Positions 1 through 10,218 are shown, numbered from the stretch's first letter. The stretch: DNA of 64,000 bases from an uncultured Acidobacteriota bacterium (GCA_963741955.1 CAVUKB010000005.1:768001-832000); one strand, 5' to 3'. The notes: generated from the sequence alone by a model not told the origin. Numbers and translations: made by a program.

Positions 1-1387
1 CGATCTCCCGCCTCAGATCGCGAGGCGAGTCGGACTTCCGGACGATTCCGTCGAGTACGTTCGTGTCGATCCGAGCTCTCTTCCGGCGGAAAAGAACGAG
101 CACGGCAGCGGTGACGATGACGAACAACGCCGCGATCGCGATCCACAGCCAGCGACGTCTCCGCGAGGGCGACGTCGTTCGGGGGGAAGGTGCTCGAGTA
201 TCGACCGCTGGAGCTCTGACAACCGGAACGTCGACGCTCCCCGGAGTACATCTGATGCGTTCGACCTTCCCCGTGGCTGGATCGAATCTGGTCAACGCGA
301 GCGGAGGGATCCGGAGCGGCCCACTCGTCGCGGGAAAGAGGAGATAGCGCCACCGCCGCTCCATCTCGATTCCCTGCGACGCAACCCGGCTTTTCGTTCC
401 TTGATCCTCGACCTGATGTTCGACATCGAACGAGGCGGGAAACGCCGGAGCAGCCAGCATGCGGAGATTCCCCTCGCCGCGAACCACGAGATCGAACGAC
501 ACGAGACCCTGATTCGAGACGCGTGGGGTGGAACAGCGCATCGACGCACTTCCGACCAGGTCCGCCGGTTGTGGAAGGTCGCGGACTTCGATCGTGAGCG
601 GCTTCGACTCGATTCTGTTGCGCTCACCGATTGAAAATCCCATCAGGTCGCCCGGCCCTCCTCCGGTCACCACGTCCGCGGTGATCGGCGGAATGGTCAG
701 CTCGCCGCTGTGCACCGGATAGAGCGTGGCCCTTCGTACGAGCACCCGGACTGCAGTTCCCGCATCCGTACTCACCGCGCGGGGCACCTCATCCGGGACA
801 GGGATCTCCTCGACCCAGAAGCCCTGGAGGTCGGGAGTGTCACTCAGATCTGCCGCGCGCATCGGGACGCCCGCCCAGATCCACCAGCTGATCTCGACCG
901 GCTGCCCGACGTACGCCGAGGTCCGGTCGCTGTGCGCGACGAGAAGGAGTGGTCTGCGGCCATGGAATGCGAGCTCGCGAAGTGCGCGGATCGGATCTCG
1001 CGCATCGATTCGAGGCGCGGGAACGACCGCCACCCGAACCGCGGGAAGAGTCGTCGAATGACCATCCTCCACCAGCCGGACCGGACCGACCACCGCATCT
1101 CCGGCTCCGATCGGGCGTGCGATGTACTGGAAAACGGTGGTATGCGAGAAACCTCCTGTCCCGAACTCCATCCGCGTGCTGCGCGACTCGCCTCCTTCCA
1201 TTCGGAGGTTCTTCAGAGGAACCTGGACGTGATCGAGGTCGGCATACGCTCCATCGAGAGAGACCGTGATGGTCACCGAGCCGTCGATCTCGACCTGTCG
1301 AGGAGTGACTGAGAGCTCGCTGGCCTGGGCAGCGGTGGCGATCAGCAGCGAAAGCAGCACGAGGAGGAATCTACCAGTCGACACCAC
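1..1387 (-). CDS. batD: BatD-family membrane-anchored protein (3' end runs off the window)
   Basis: Not in the ORF track. Hand translation from GTG 1387 gives a signal peptide (RFLLVLLSLLIATAAQA), a beta-rich body and a TM segment (WLWIAIAALFVIVTAAVLVLF). Both ends are in the same frame, and it follows batC in the operon. Confidence 0.75.
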   Translation of the reverse strand, partial: MVSTGRFLLVLLSLLIATAAQASELSVTPRQVEIDGSVTITVSLDGAYADLDHVQVPLKNLRMEGGESRSTRMEFGTGGFSHTTVFQYIARPIGAGDAVVGPVRLVEDGHSTTLPAVRVAVVPAPRIDARDPIRALRELAFHGRRPLLLVAHSDRTSAYVGQPVEISWWIWAGVPMRAADLSDTPDLQGFWVEEIPVPDEVPRAVSTDAGTAVRVLVRRATLYPVHSGELTIPPITADVVTGGGPGDLMGFSIGERNRIESKPLTIEVRDLPQPADLVGSASMRCSTPRVSNQGLVSFDLVVRGEGNLRMLAAPAFPASFDVEHQVEDQGTKSRVASQGIEMERRWRYLLFPATSGPLRIPPLALTRFDPATGKVERIRCTPGSVDVPVVRAPAVDTRAPSPRTTSPSRRRRWLWIAIAALFVIVTAAVLVLFRRKRARIDTNVLDGIVRKSDSPRDLRREI

Positions 1388-2036
1388 GGCTCTCCATCGA
1401 CTGTTTGTGCATCCGTTCGAGCTCCTGTTTCTCCTGCTGTTCGGCTGCACGGAGGAGGGCCATTGGATCGGCCTCGCCGGGCCGTTGAGTCTCGTGCGCT
1501 TCTGACGGCCCGTTCTGCGGATTCTCCCGTTGCTGATGACCTGACCCTTGCTTCGGATTCTGCTGGCCTTCCTTCTGCTTCTGCTGTTGCCGTTGCTGCT
1601 GCCGCTTTTTCTGTTCCTCTTTTCTCCGAAGCCGGGCGATTTCCAGATTCCGTTTTGCGGCCGGATTCCGGGGATCGGAGCGAAGCGCCTCTTCGTACTT
1701 CCGGATCGCCTCGTCCCACTTCTTCGAATCGAGGGCCGCGTTCCCCTGGTTGTAGAGCGAGCCGGTGCGAAGCTCGGGATCCTTCAGCGCCTTTCCGAGC
1801 AGCTCGCGCGCCCCGTCGAGATCTCCTGCCGCGGCCTTCGCCGTCCCGAGGTCGAATGCAGTGCGCGACGAGGGGCGGAGACGGTATGCCTCCTCGAACG
1901 CCTTCACCGCCTCGGCGTATCGCTTCTGGCCGTAAAGGGCGATACCCCGACGCGTCGCAGCGTCGGAGTTCGTCCCGTTCCACCACACCGGCGCGGCGAC
2001 CATCGAAAGAGCCAGAACGAGCGATACGAGCTTCAC
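1371..2036 (-). CDS. batC: BatC-like TPR protein
   Basis: Signal peptide, TPR repeats (YNQGNA..., AKRNLEIA), Q-rich tail; bat operon context. Confidence 0.8.
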   Translation of the reverse strand: MKLVSLVLALSMVAAPVWWNGTNSDAATRRGIALYGQKRYAEAVKAFEEAYRLRPSSRTAFDLGTAKAAAGDLDGARELLGKALKDPELRTGSLYNQGNAALDSKKWDEAIRKYEEALRSDPRNPAAKRNLEIARLRRKEEQKKRQQQRQQQKQKEGQQNPKQGSGHQQRENPQNGPSEAHETQRPGEADPMALLRAAEQQEKQELERMHKQSMESRGVDW

Positions 2037-3010
2037 TCGGCACCTCGATTCGCGAGCGACGCGAGACCGAAGAAGAGCATCGCCAGGCCAAGAGGGATCT
2101 GATAGCGCTCGACCGGGAGGCGCTCTTCCCGCGTCGTCTCCCTCGCCGACCGTCCCGAGACGTCACGCAGGAGTGCGTCGATCTCCGGACCTCGAAACGG
2201 ATTGAGAAAGCTCTTTCCGCGCGTCGCAGCGGCGAGTTTCGACATGAATGCTGCATCGGCACGCGTATGCACGATCTCCCCATCCACCTGCAGCGGACCG
2301 CTCGCGGTCGGAATCGTGGCGCCGGCTGCCGTGCCGATGGTCACGGTGAAGATCCGCGCATGTTCCTGGATGGCCTGCCGGATCGCTTCGTCTGCTTCGC
2401 TGCCTCCGCGCTGCTCGCCGTCGCTGATCAGCACGATGTCGCTGGTCACTCCTCCGGCATCTCGGAGGAGACGGAGTGCTCGATCGATTCCCGCCGGAAT
2501 GTTGGAGCCGGCACGCGAGAGCTCACCCGGACCGAGGGATCCGGCCAGGGTCGCCACGGCGTCGTGATCGTCCGTGAGCGGCGAGACGACTTCCGCGTTC
2601 CCTTCGAACACCACCAGCCCGACCTTACCGTCGAAGCGGTCGAGCAGTCGGCGGACGACGGCACGCGCCGCGTCGAGACGCGAGACGCCGACGTCGGCCG
2701 CGGTCATGCTCTGGGACGTGTCGAGGACGATTGCGAGGCTCGCCGCCGAGGAGGGTACCGGTTGAAGGGTGTAGCCGAGGCGTGGCTCTGCGAGAGCGAG
2801 GATGCCGCAGACGAGCGCGAAGGATGCGAGCCATGGACGGAGAACCCGGGCCGGATTCGCTTCGCCGCGGATGCGATCGGAGACGAATCGCTCGGCGAAT
2901 CTTCGCCGTCGACGCTCGTTCCATACCAGGAGCGCAGCGACCGGGACGATCGCGAGAAGCAGCCACGAGAGCTGCGGTTGGGCAAAGGTCAGGCCGGCAA
3001 CCGCATCCAT
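2033..3010 (-). CDS. batB: BatB-like VWA domain protein
   Basis: BatA-type N-terminus, MIDAS motif DTSQSM, ISDGE. Confidence 0.85.
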   Translation of the reverse strand: MDAVAGLTFAQPQLSWLLLAIVPVAALLVWNERRRRRFAERFVSDRIRGEANPARVLRPWLASFALVCGILALAEPRLGYTLQPVPSSAASLAIVLDTSQSMTAADVGVSRLDAARAVVRRLLDRFDGKVGLVVFEGNAEVVSPLTDDHDAVATLAGSLGPGELSRAGSNIPAGIDRALRLLRDAGGVTSDIVLISDGEQRGGSEADEAIRQAIQEHARIFTVTIGTAAGATIPTASGPLQVDGEIVHTRADAAFMSKLAAATRGKSFLNPFRGPEIDALLRDVSGRSARETTREERLPVERYQIPLGLAMLFFGLASLANRGAE

Positions 3011-3990
3011 ACCGTTTCTCCCAGGAAGATGGCGAGCGCGATCAGAGCGATCCCTCCTTCCAGTGGCCGATGAAAGAGCTCTTCGACGATCCTCCGTTTC
3101 GGCGCCGAGAGCGGACTCTTTTCCAGCTGGTCGATTCTCGCGAATACGAGGCGCAGAGCACGCGGATCGACGGCACGGAAATATTCGGCGCCGGTCATGG
3201 AGGCGATCTTCCGCAGCATCGACTCGTCGAGGTCAGCCCGGATGAACTGGTACTGCGTCTCGATCTGACCGGTGATCTGGTCCTGAACCTTGATCGGGAT
3301 GGGCACCCGTCCGGTGCTGCCGACGCCGATGGTGTAAATGCGTATGCCGAACTTCGACGCGAGCTCCGCTGCGGTCAACGGATCGATCGAGCCGGAGTTG
3401 TTCACTCCGTCGGTGACGAGGACGATCACTCTGCTCCGGGCTTTCGAGCTTCGCAACCGGTTCACCGCGACAGCGATCGCGTGACCGATTGCCGTGCCGT
3501 CGCCGTTCTCTCCGATGCTCGCTTTGGAGAGGATCTCCCGCGCGACGTTGCGGTCGAACGTGATCGGCACCCTGGTCACGGCACTCGAGCCGAACGTGAC
3601 CACGCCGATCCGATCCGCGGTGCGCCCGTCGATGAACCCGGCGATCAGCTCCTTCGCCACTGCGAAGCGGTTCCGCGGTCGGAAGTCCTCCGCCGCCATG
3701 CTCCCGGAAGAGTCGAGCGCCACCACCACGTCGATTCCGTAGCGCTCGTTCGAGACGACGGTCACCTGCTGCGGCCGCGCCAGTGCGACGGTGAGGAGAA
3801 TCCATCCGCTGATCTCGAGCACGAACGGCACCCACGCCGTACCGGTGACGATTCCGCGACGCGCCCCCGCCACCGTGAGCGAGGAGATGGGAAACGCGGC
3901 GAATCGCTCCTTCCGGTCACGCCAGCGCAATACCACGCGTGCGAGCGGGAGGAGGAGAAGAGCGAACGCCCAGGGTGCGGCCCAGGTCAT
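2989..3990 (-). CDS. batA: BatA-like VWA domain protein
   Basis: LARPQ, DSSGSM MIDAS, TDGVNNSG, IYTIGVG. Confidence 0.9.
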   Translation of the reverse strand: MTWAAPWAFALLLLPLARVVLRWRDRKERFAAFPISSLTVAGARRGIVTGTAWVPFVLEISGWILLTVALARPQQVTVVSNERYGIDVVVALDSSGSMAAEDFRPRNRFAVAKELIAGFIDGRTADRIGVVTFGSSAVTRVPITFDRNVAREILSKASIGENGDGTAIGHAIAVAVNRLRSSKARSRVIVLVTDGVNNSGSIDPLTAAELASKFGIRIYTIGVGSTGRVPIPIKVQDQITGQIETQYQFIRADLDESMLRKIASMTGAEYFRAVDPRALRLVFARIDQLEKSPLSAPKRRIVEELFHRPLEGGIALIALAIFLGETVWMRLPA

Positions 3991-4778
3991 GGGGTCACTT
4001 CCTCCTCACCCGGCGGAGGGATCCTCTGAGCCAGAGAGAGTGTGGCCGCAGCCAGCGACTCGAAATCGCGTTCGTGGCTTCCCCACGGCGAAAACTTCGC
4101 AAGGTCGCCGGAAGCGAGAATCCGTTGGACCTGCACCAGGGTCTGCATCTCGACTGCCGCCCGGCGCAACGCATCCACGGTCTCCCGGGTGGTCATCTCC
4201 AGACCTGACCCCGGCACCACCGCCGCGAGGTACTGACGGGCCGCGTCGGCGAGCGCGCCGATCTGCTCTTCACCCGGAGGAAGTGTGCGCGCTCTCTCCA
4301 CGTCCCGCTGCAGCCGGTCGTCCGGCGGAAGGGGCGGTTCGGCCGGCGCCGTCTCGCGCCGTCGAATCACTCCGAGCGCGAGCCATGCCACGATCGCCAG
4401 AAGCGCGGCGCTACCGACCGCAGCCCACAACTTCCATCGTCGAGGAAGCGACACCGGAGGGCTCATCGGTGCGGGGTGCAGATCGTCTTTCGGTTCGAGG
4501 ACCGACCGCACCGGGACGCGCGCCGCGCCGAAGTCTCTCCTGCTGCCATCCGGCATCACCAGCGATCCGCGTACGACGAGGTTGCCGGACTTGAACGTCC
4601 GCACCACCGCGCGGCGACCCGCGACCCGAACCACCTCATAGTCACTCGACCGCTCGAGCTGAAGTCCGCTCGTCCCGGCGGGAAACTCGATACTGATCGG
4701 GTCCCCCACCGTGGGATGGGCCGGCCCATAACGGAACGGCAGCGGCGACGCGGCAAGCAGCAGCAGCAACAGGATCAT
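3987..4778 (-). CDS. Membrane protein of MoxR/Bat operon
   Basis: Signal peptide, central TM, EMTTRE motif; overlaps both neighbours by 4 nt. Confidence 0.7.
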   Translation of the reverse strand: MILLLLLLAASPLPFRYGPAHPTVGDPISIEFPAGTSGLQLERSSDYEVVRVAGRRAVVRTFKSGNLVVRGSLVMPDGSRRDFGAARVPVRSVLEPKDDLHPAPMSPPVSLPRRWKLWAAVGSAALLAIVAWLALGVIRRRETAPAEPPLPPDDRLQRDVERARTLPPGEEQIGALADAARQYLAAVVPGSGLEMTTRETVDALRRAAVEMQTLVQVQRILASGDLAKFSPWGSHERDFESLAAATLSLAQRIPPPGEEEVTP

Positions 4779-5671
4779 CGTCGCCTCGGCGATCTTTCCC
4801 GGAAGAATCTCAGAAGGGACTTGTCGTAAGGGACTGCAGTCGAGAGTCCGAGCATGTCGATCCCACTCCGGCGGAAGCGATCCGTCAGCTGGCGCGAACG
4901 GAGGCGGGCGCTCGGGAAGACCCGGTTGGTCCGGAGGTCGACCCGCTGCAACCGTCCCGTCTCCGCATCGACGAGATCGACGATGCCGCGGGAAGGAAAG
5001 CGGCTCTCACGAGGGTCGCTGATGTCGATCGCGACCACGTCGTGCCGCTTGTTCAATCTTCGGAGAGGTGCTTCGAAGTCGATGTCGAGAAAGTCCGAGA
5101 GAAAGATCACCACTGAGCGCTTCACGGAAACATGCTCGACGTATTCGATCAGCTTTCCGAGGTCTGTGCTGCCACCGGGCGAGAGCGCGGACGCCACCGC
5201 CGTGCGGACGCAGATCTCCACGTGAGTTCGCCCACGCTTCGGTGGAAGGTAGTTCCTCACGCTCTCCGCGAACGAGACGAGTCCGACGCGGTCGCCATTC
5301 TGGAGCGCGGCGAACGCGAGCACCGCGGCGAGCTCCACTGCGAGATCGATCTTCCGCCGATCGAGAGATCCGAAGGACATCGAGCCGGAGACGTCGAGCG
5401 CCAGAAGGACCGAAAGGTCCCGCTCTTCGACGAACTGTTTCACATGCGGGATGCCGCTCCGCGCCGTCACATTCCAGTCGATGGTGCGGATGTCATCGCC
5501 CGGCTGGTATTCGCGGACCTGGGAAAATTCGATTCCGCTTCCGTGGAAGGCGGCGTGGTACTGTCCGGCGAATCCTCGTCGAAGGAGTCTGGCCGTGACG
5601 ACCTCGAGCTCGCGCACCCGTCGCAGAGGAACCGGATCGGGGCGGGGTCTTCGACGTCGGAACAATTTCAT
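4775..5671 (-). CDS. DUF58 domain protein
   Basis: GSGIEFSQVREYQPGDDIRTIDWNVTAR signature. Confidence 0.95.
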   Translation of the reverse strand: MKLFRRRRPRPDPVPLRRVRELEVVTARLLRRGFAGQYHAAFHGSGIEFSQVREYQPGDDIRTIDWNVTARSGIPHVKQFVEERDLSVLLALDVSGSMSFGSLDRRKIDLAVELAAVLAFAALQNGDRVGLVSFAESVRNYLPPKRGRTHVEICVRTAVASALSPGGSTDLGKLIEYVEHVSVKRSVVIFLSDFLDIDFEAPLRRLNKRHDVVAIDISDPRESRFPSRGIVDLVDAETGRLQRVDLRTNRVFPSARLRSRQLTDRFRRSGIDMLGLSTAVPYDKSLLRFFRERSPRRR

Positions 5672-5687
5672 TTTCGGGAATCGGAGA

Positions 5688-6683
5688 TCATGGAACCGGC
5701 ACTGCGTTGAGGATCTGGTCGATGATCCGGTCCTGGCTCACCTGCTCGGCTGCCGCCTCGTACGTCAGGATCAGACGGTGCCTCAGCACGTCGTGCGCCA
5801 CCGCTTTCACGTCTTCGGGCACCACGAACGCTCTTCCTCGAAGGAATGCTTCGCCCTTCCCGACGTGGGCGAACGCGAGCGTCGCGCGCGGAGACGCACC
5901 GTACGCGACATACGGCGCGAGTCCGGAGAGCCTGAACGCCGACGGATCGCGAGTCGCCCGCACCAGGTCGACGATGTAGCGCGAGATGCGCTCGTCCACG
6001 TGAACCCCGGAGACCAGCCCGGCGAGCTCTCGAATTTCGTCCAGCGACATCACCCGCTCGACCGCCGGCTCGGAGTGTCCGGGGTCGAGATACAGTGCGA
6101 GCATTCTGAGCTCGTCGTCGATGCCCGGATAGCCGACCAGGAGTTTCATCAGAAAACGGTCGACCTGGGCTTCGGGAAGCGAGTAGGTCCCTTCCTGTTC
6201 GATGGGGTTCTGCGTGGCGATGACCACGAACGGCTCGGGGAGAGAATACGACTCGTCTCCGATGGTGACCTGGCGCTCCTGCATCGCTTCGAGGAGCGCG
6301 CTCTGGACCTTCGCCGGGGCGCGGTTGATCTCGTCCGCGAGGACCAGATTCGCGAAGATCGGTCCCAGACGCGGAGAGAAGCTCCCTCCCGCCGGGTCGA
6401 AGATCAGCGTGCCGGTGATGTCCCCGGGAAGGAGATCCGGAGTGAACTGGATACGCTTGAACGAACCGTGGATCGCGGCGGAGAGCGTCTTCACCACCAG
6501 AGTCTTGGCCAGCCCGGGAAGTCCTTCGACCAGAACGTGTCCGTGGACGAGAAGAGCGATGATCAGACGGTCCACCACCTCCTGCTGGCCGACCACGGCA
6601 CGACCAACTTCACGCCGGAGCCGTTCGATCTTCTCGTGTCCTGCGGAGATCTTCTCCTGGATCGCACTCTCTTCGACGGTCAT
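5688..6683 (-). CDS. moxR: MoxR-family AAA+ ATPase
   Basis: GLPGLAKT, RIQFTPDLLP, DEINRAPAKVQSALLEAMQE; start chosen at ATG 6683 behind a GAGAGG RBS. Confidence 0.95.
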   Translation of the reverse strand: MTVEESAIQEKISAGHEKIERLRREVGRAVVGQQEVVDRLIIALLVHGHVLVEGLPGLAKTLVVKTLSAAIHGSFKRIQFTPDLLPGDITGTLIFDPAGGSFSPRLGPIFANLVLADEINRAPAKVQSALLEAMQERQVTIGDESYSLPEPFVVIATQNPIEQEGTYSLPEAQVDRFLMKLLVGYPGIDDELRMLALYLDPGHSEPAVERVMSLDEIRELAGLVSGVHVDERISRYIVDLVRATRDPSAFRLSGLAPYVAYGASPRATLAFAHVGKGEAFLRGRAFVVPEDVKAVAHDVLRHRLILTYEAAAEQVSQDRIIDQILNAVPVP

Positions 6684-6804
6684 TCCTCTCCTCGCACGTA
6701 TCGTTCTCTCCGGCCCGGGATGCTCCGGCCTCGGATTGCGGCGGGTCGCACCCTGCACGCCGCGTTCGCGGTGTTTCCGATCCCGGGCGAATCCCCGCGG
6801 CGGA

Positions 6805-7122
6805 TCAGCCGACCCAGGAATCGATCCGCTTGCGAAGCTCGCGTTCCGGAACCGCTCCGACCAGGCGGTCGACCGGCTGTCCCTGATGGAACAGGACGAA
6901 GGTCGGGACGCTCATCACGCCGTTCTTCGCTGCAATCCCCGGCTCCTTGTCGATGTCGACGGAGTAGACGTTGATCTTCGTACCGTATTCGTCCGCCAGC
7001 TTCCTGAGCACCGGGAGCATTGCCTTACACGGACCGCACCACTCCGCGCTGAAATCGAGCAGAACCGTTCCGCTCGAGACTTTTTCCTGGTATTCGTTCT
7101 CGCTCAACTCGTGCATCGTCAC
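6805..7122 (-). CDS. trxA: Thioredoxin
   Basis: WCGPC active site, SVPT. Confidence 0.95.
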   Translation of the reverse strand: MTMHELSENEYQEKVSSGTVLLDFSAEWCGPCKAMLPVLRKLADEYGTKINVYSVDIDKEPGIAAKNGVMSVPTFVLFHQGQPVDRLVGAVPERELRKRIDSWVG

Positions 7123-7261
7123 GTATCCTTTTCGACTGGTTTCGTACCCGGAGGTTTCGCGTCGGAGGAATTCCGACTACGCTCCTGCTGGCGTCGTCTG
7201 CAACTTTCCGCCCGGGCGAAGTGTTCCGAGCCACGTTACAGAACCGGAAATCGTGAATCAA

Positions 7262-8068
7262 GTGAATGAGCCAAAGCACCGTCCCAGAAAGAAGTGGGGG
7301 CAGAACTTTCTTCGGAACCAGGGAGCGGTCCGCAAGATCGTGGACGCGCTCGACGCTCCTCCGGACGAGCTCGTACTCGAGATCGGTCCGGGGGAAGGTG
7401 CCCTGACCCGCCGGCTGGCGGAGCTGCGCAATCCGCTTCGAGTGATCGAGATCGATCCCGATCTGGCAGCGAAGATCTCTGCCGAGCTGGGGGCGAGGAT
7501 CGACGTGGTCGAGGGAGACGCGACCACCGTCGATCTTCCGACCGTGCCGTTCACTGCGGTCGGCAACCTCCCCTACAACGTCGGAACGCCGATCCTGCGG
7601 CGCGTGGTCAGGTCGGAGGCACTCCGCCGCGCGGTCTTCATGCTCCAGAAGGAAGTCGCCGACAGGATCACGGCGGCGCCGGGTGAGGAGTCGTACGGAT
7701 TTCTCACCCTGGCCGTACGGATCTACGCCGACGCGAGACGGCTGATGATACTCGAGCCTTCGTCGTTTCACCCGCGGCCGAAGGTGCGAAGCGCGGTGGT
7801 GGTGATCGACCGTCTCGAGCGAAGGCTCGAAACTCCTCCCCAGGAGTTGGAAGGTCTGATCAGCACCTCGTTCCGGATGCCGCGGAAGAAGCTGCTGAAC
7901 AACCTGATCGGATACCGGGAACTCGACCGTACGAGAGCCGCTGCGGCAATCGAGCAGGCGGGACTCCCGCCCGACTGCCGCGCAGATCGAGTTTCACTCG
8001 ATCAGTTCGACCGGCTCGGTTCCGTCATCGCATCGTTCCGCGATGTTTCTCCCCTTCCGCGACCCTGA
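7262..8068 (+). CDS. rsmA: 16S rRNA dimethyladenosine transferase
   Basis: KKWGQNFL, EIGPGEGALT, GNLPYNV, MLQKEVADR. Confidence 0.95.
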   Translation: MNEPKHRPRKKWGQNFLRNQGAVRKIVDALDAPPDELVLEIGPGEGALTRRLAELRNPLRVIEIDPDLAAKISAELGARIDVVEGDATTVDLPTVPFTAVGNLPYNVGTPILRRVVRSEALRRAVFMLQKEVADRITAAPGEESYGFLTLAVRIYADARRLMILEPSSFHPRPKVRSAVVVIDRLERRLETPPQELEGLISTSFRMPRKKLLNNLIGYRELDRTRAAAAIEQAGLPPDCRADRVSLDQFDRLGSVIASFRDVSPLPRP

Positions 8069-9275
8069 TCGCGCCGGTCAGCGCAGCCTTGTCGTTGCCG
8101 TTGTCGAGCAACACGACTGTGGAACCGGTGGCGGTTCCCGGGTCGATCCGGTAGGTCGCCCACATGTAGTTCGTCGCGTACTGAAAATCGGAGATGCGGT
8201 GGAAGCCAGGGTTCGGGATCTCGATGGTGGTCATACCAGGAACCAGACCGTCCCCGCCGACGGCGATCATCACCGTCGACCCGGCCTTTGCGGAGGCCGC
8301 TGCCGCACGGAGATTGATATCGCTGCTTCCGGGCGCGAACACGCCGATCCATCTCGGATTGAGATCGGCCGGAGGGCCGGTGACGTCGATCCGGACGTCC
8401 TGAACCTGACCCCCCTTCGAGGGGAAGCTCCCGACGTCGACGAAGCGCGTGCGGAAGCTTTTCGAGCCGCACGTTCCCCATACGCCCGAGAGGTTGTCCG
8501 CGGCAACGGGACCGTCCAGCGGCTCGGCGTAAACGCGGTAGTTGCCCGGCGGGAGATTCGACAGGTCGAAATGACCATCGGGGCCGGTCAGCGTTGCGGC
8601 GACCGAACGGCCATCCGCGTCGAGCGCGACCACCTGCGCTCCGAAAACAGGAGCGCCGTCTCCGGTCACTTCACCGTGAAGCTGCTCGGCTTCGGCGGCC
8701 ATTGCCGCGTCGGGATAGACCGACCGAATGGCATAGAGGTCGTCACTGTCGAGCGGTGACGCGGCGTCGCGGGTGAGGTACGGAAACATCGCCGAGGAGA
8801 CGACTGCGGAGTGGTCGAGTCCCAGGAAGTGTCCGATCTCGTGCTGCACGACTGCATGCATGTCGTAGCCGGCGACTCCTTCTGGATCGATCTGGATGTC
8901 CGCTTCGGTGATCCGTCCGGAGTCGTCGAACCAGGTCGTGGTGAAGGCGATGAATCCGTTCCCGGCGAAGAGACCGTCTTCGAGTGAGACTGAATTGACG
9001 CCGTCTTTTCCGGCGCTCACGTCGGCAATGGTACCCGCCGCGAAACGAATCTCCGGTGATGCGTCGTGCCATGCGTTGAACGAATCGGTAATGGCTTGCG
9101 ACGAACCGTCGAAGCGAGTCACCAGATCCTGGCTGACTTCGTACTTCAGCGGGAACGCCGTCGTCGCCCAGGAGATCGCTTTCGGCGACCCGTTGATCAT
9201 GTAGGTCAGCCGGGTCGCCGCCTCCGCCGGCGCGGAGAGGAGGATGGCCAGAATGACGGTGGTCAGCGTCCTCAT
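8025..9275 (-). CDS. Secreted matrixin-like metzincin protease with carboxypeptidase-regulatory-like domain
   Basis: Signal peptide, HEIGHFLGLDH, Met-turn SAMFP. Confidence 0.85.
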   Translation of the reverse strand: MRTLTTVILAILLSAPAEAATRLTYMINGSPKAISWATTAFPLKYEVSQDLVTRFDGSSQAITDSFNAWHDASPEIRFAAGTIADVSAGKDGVNSVSLEDGLFAGNGFIAFTTTWFDDSGRITEADIQIDPEGVAGYDMHAVVQHEIGHFLGLDHSAVVSSAMFPYLTRDAASPLDSDDLYAIRSVYPDAAMAAEAEQLHGEVTGDGAPVFGAQVVALDADGRSVAATLTGPDGHFDLSNLPPGNYRVYAEPLDGPVAADNLSGVWGTCGSKSFRTRFVDVGSFPSKGGQVQDVRIDVTGPPADLNPRWIGVFAPGSSDINLRAAAASAKAGSTVMIAVGGDGLVPGMTTIEIPNPGFHRISDFQYATNYMWATYRIDPGTATGSTVVLLDNGNDKAALTGAIRVAEGEKHRGTMR

Positions 9276-9838
9276 CGCTGCACCTCCGGCGTGTTGCGGA
9301 TCTCGGAACGGATCGCGTGCTCGAATTCGCCGAGCGTGCGCGCCGGCTCGTCGGCGGCGGCCCGGATGGTGCCGGTCTGCCGGTCGAGCAGCATCAGATC
9401 CGAAGGTACGGGCCGGACCATCTCGTCGCCGCTCGCGCTCGACACGACTCGATAGGCTCCCTGGTCCTGGTAGAGGACCGTCTGACCCAATGCACTTCCG
9501 TGAAGAAACAGTACGTTACGCTCGCCCTCTCCGAAGCTCGGAACCCCTGAGGTGACCTGGTGGAGACCCCCGACCTCGCCGCCCGGCGTCACGACCGTGA
9601 CGACGGATGCGGGAAGGCCCTTGTAGACCTTCTCTACTCGGTAGGTTGACCAGGTAACAATCCAACGACCTGAAGGGTCGAATGCCGAATGCGTGCGGAT
9701 GCACGTGCCCAGTACGATCTGGTCGGCGACGGCGACTTTCTGCTGAAACGAAATCGCGCGCGCCGTAGCAGCAAACAAGCTCGAAGAGAGGGAGAGCGCC
9801 AGCGCGACCATCGTCGCGCAGACGAATCTCTTGGACAT
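9272..9838 (-). CDS. Secreted hypothetical protein coupled to the metalloprotease
   Basis: Signal peptide, ADQIVLG...PGGEVG motif, ATGA overlap with the protease gene. Confidence 0.7.
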   Translation of the reverse strand: MSKRFVCATMVALALSLSSSLFAATARAISFQQKVAVADQIVLGTCIRTHSAFDPSGRWIVTWSTYRVEKVYKGLPASVVTVVTPGGEVGGLHQVTSGVPSFGEGERNVLFLHGSALGQTVLYQDQGAYRVVSSASGDEMVRPVPSDLMLLDRQTGTIRAAADEPARTLGEFEHAIRSEIRNTPEVQR

Positions 9839-9927
9839 GGCGTCTCTCTCCCACGTTATCGGGACGCTGATGATCGAATGGGAATTTTGTTTGAATGGTC
9901 ATCGCGTCGCTCTCGATGAGTTATTTG

Positions 9928-9944
9928 AGCAACGGGGATGCCAA
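9928..9944 (-). promoter_or_regulatory. sigma54 (-24/-12) promoter
   Basis: TTGGCATCCCCGTTGCT matches TGGCAC-N5-TTGCW, about 90 bp upstream of the 9838 start. Confidence 0.65.
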
Positions 9945-10055
9945 GAAGAGGAGGGAGGCGGCCGGGGCGGGAGAGTTCGCTGAAACGTTCAGGTCTGACG
10001 GAGCCGAACGGTAACGAGCCGGCTGGATGGTATCCGGGCCGAGGAGCCTGGCTAG

Positions 10056-10214
10056 GAGTCTGCGCGATAGAAACGCCCGTAGCGAGAAAGCGGAGCAGCG
10101 CGGCCAAATTCGTTCAGATTTGAGGTGCGTGGTGGTGGCTACTCGCCGAAAATCCGGACGGATTTGGACCGCTGATCCGCTTTCGCAGTAGGACAGTTTC
10201 TACCGCGCAGACTC
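10056..10214. mobile_element. MITE-like element, family B (159 bp)
   Basis: TIR GAGTCTGCGCG(A/G)TAGAAAC; flanked by CTAG and CTGG; further copies at 14026, 17304 and 48835. Confidence 0.8.
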
Positions 10215-10218
10215 CTGG

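Noticed and set aside
1463-3073. Long antisense or alternate-frame ORFs (also 5451-6974, 12284-13858, 51526-53100, 54356-55861)
   Set aside because: Arg/Pro/Ser-rich shadows of well-supported genes, expected at high GC.
1-6683. MoxR-DUF58-BatABCD operon as a novel system
   Set aside because: Well-described, widespread gene cluster in canonical order.
8025-8068. 44-bp convergent overlap of rsmA and the protease gene
   Set aside because: Short tail-to-tail overlaps are common in GC-rich genomes; no further signal.
9950-10050. Possible riboswitch or ncRNA upstream of the secreted pair
   Set aside because: No recognisable riboswitch core; it lies upstream of the predicted sigma54 promoter, so it is better read as an enhancer region.
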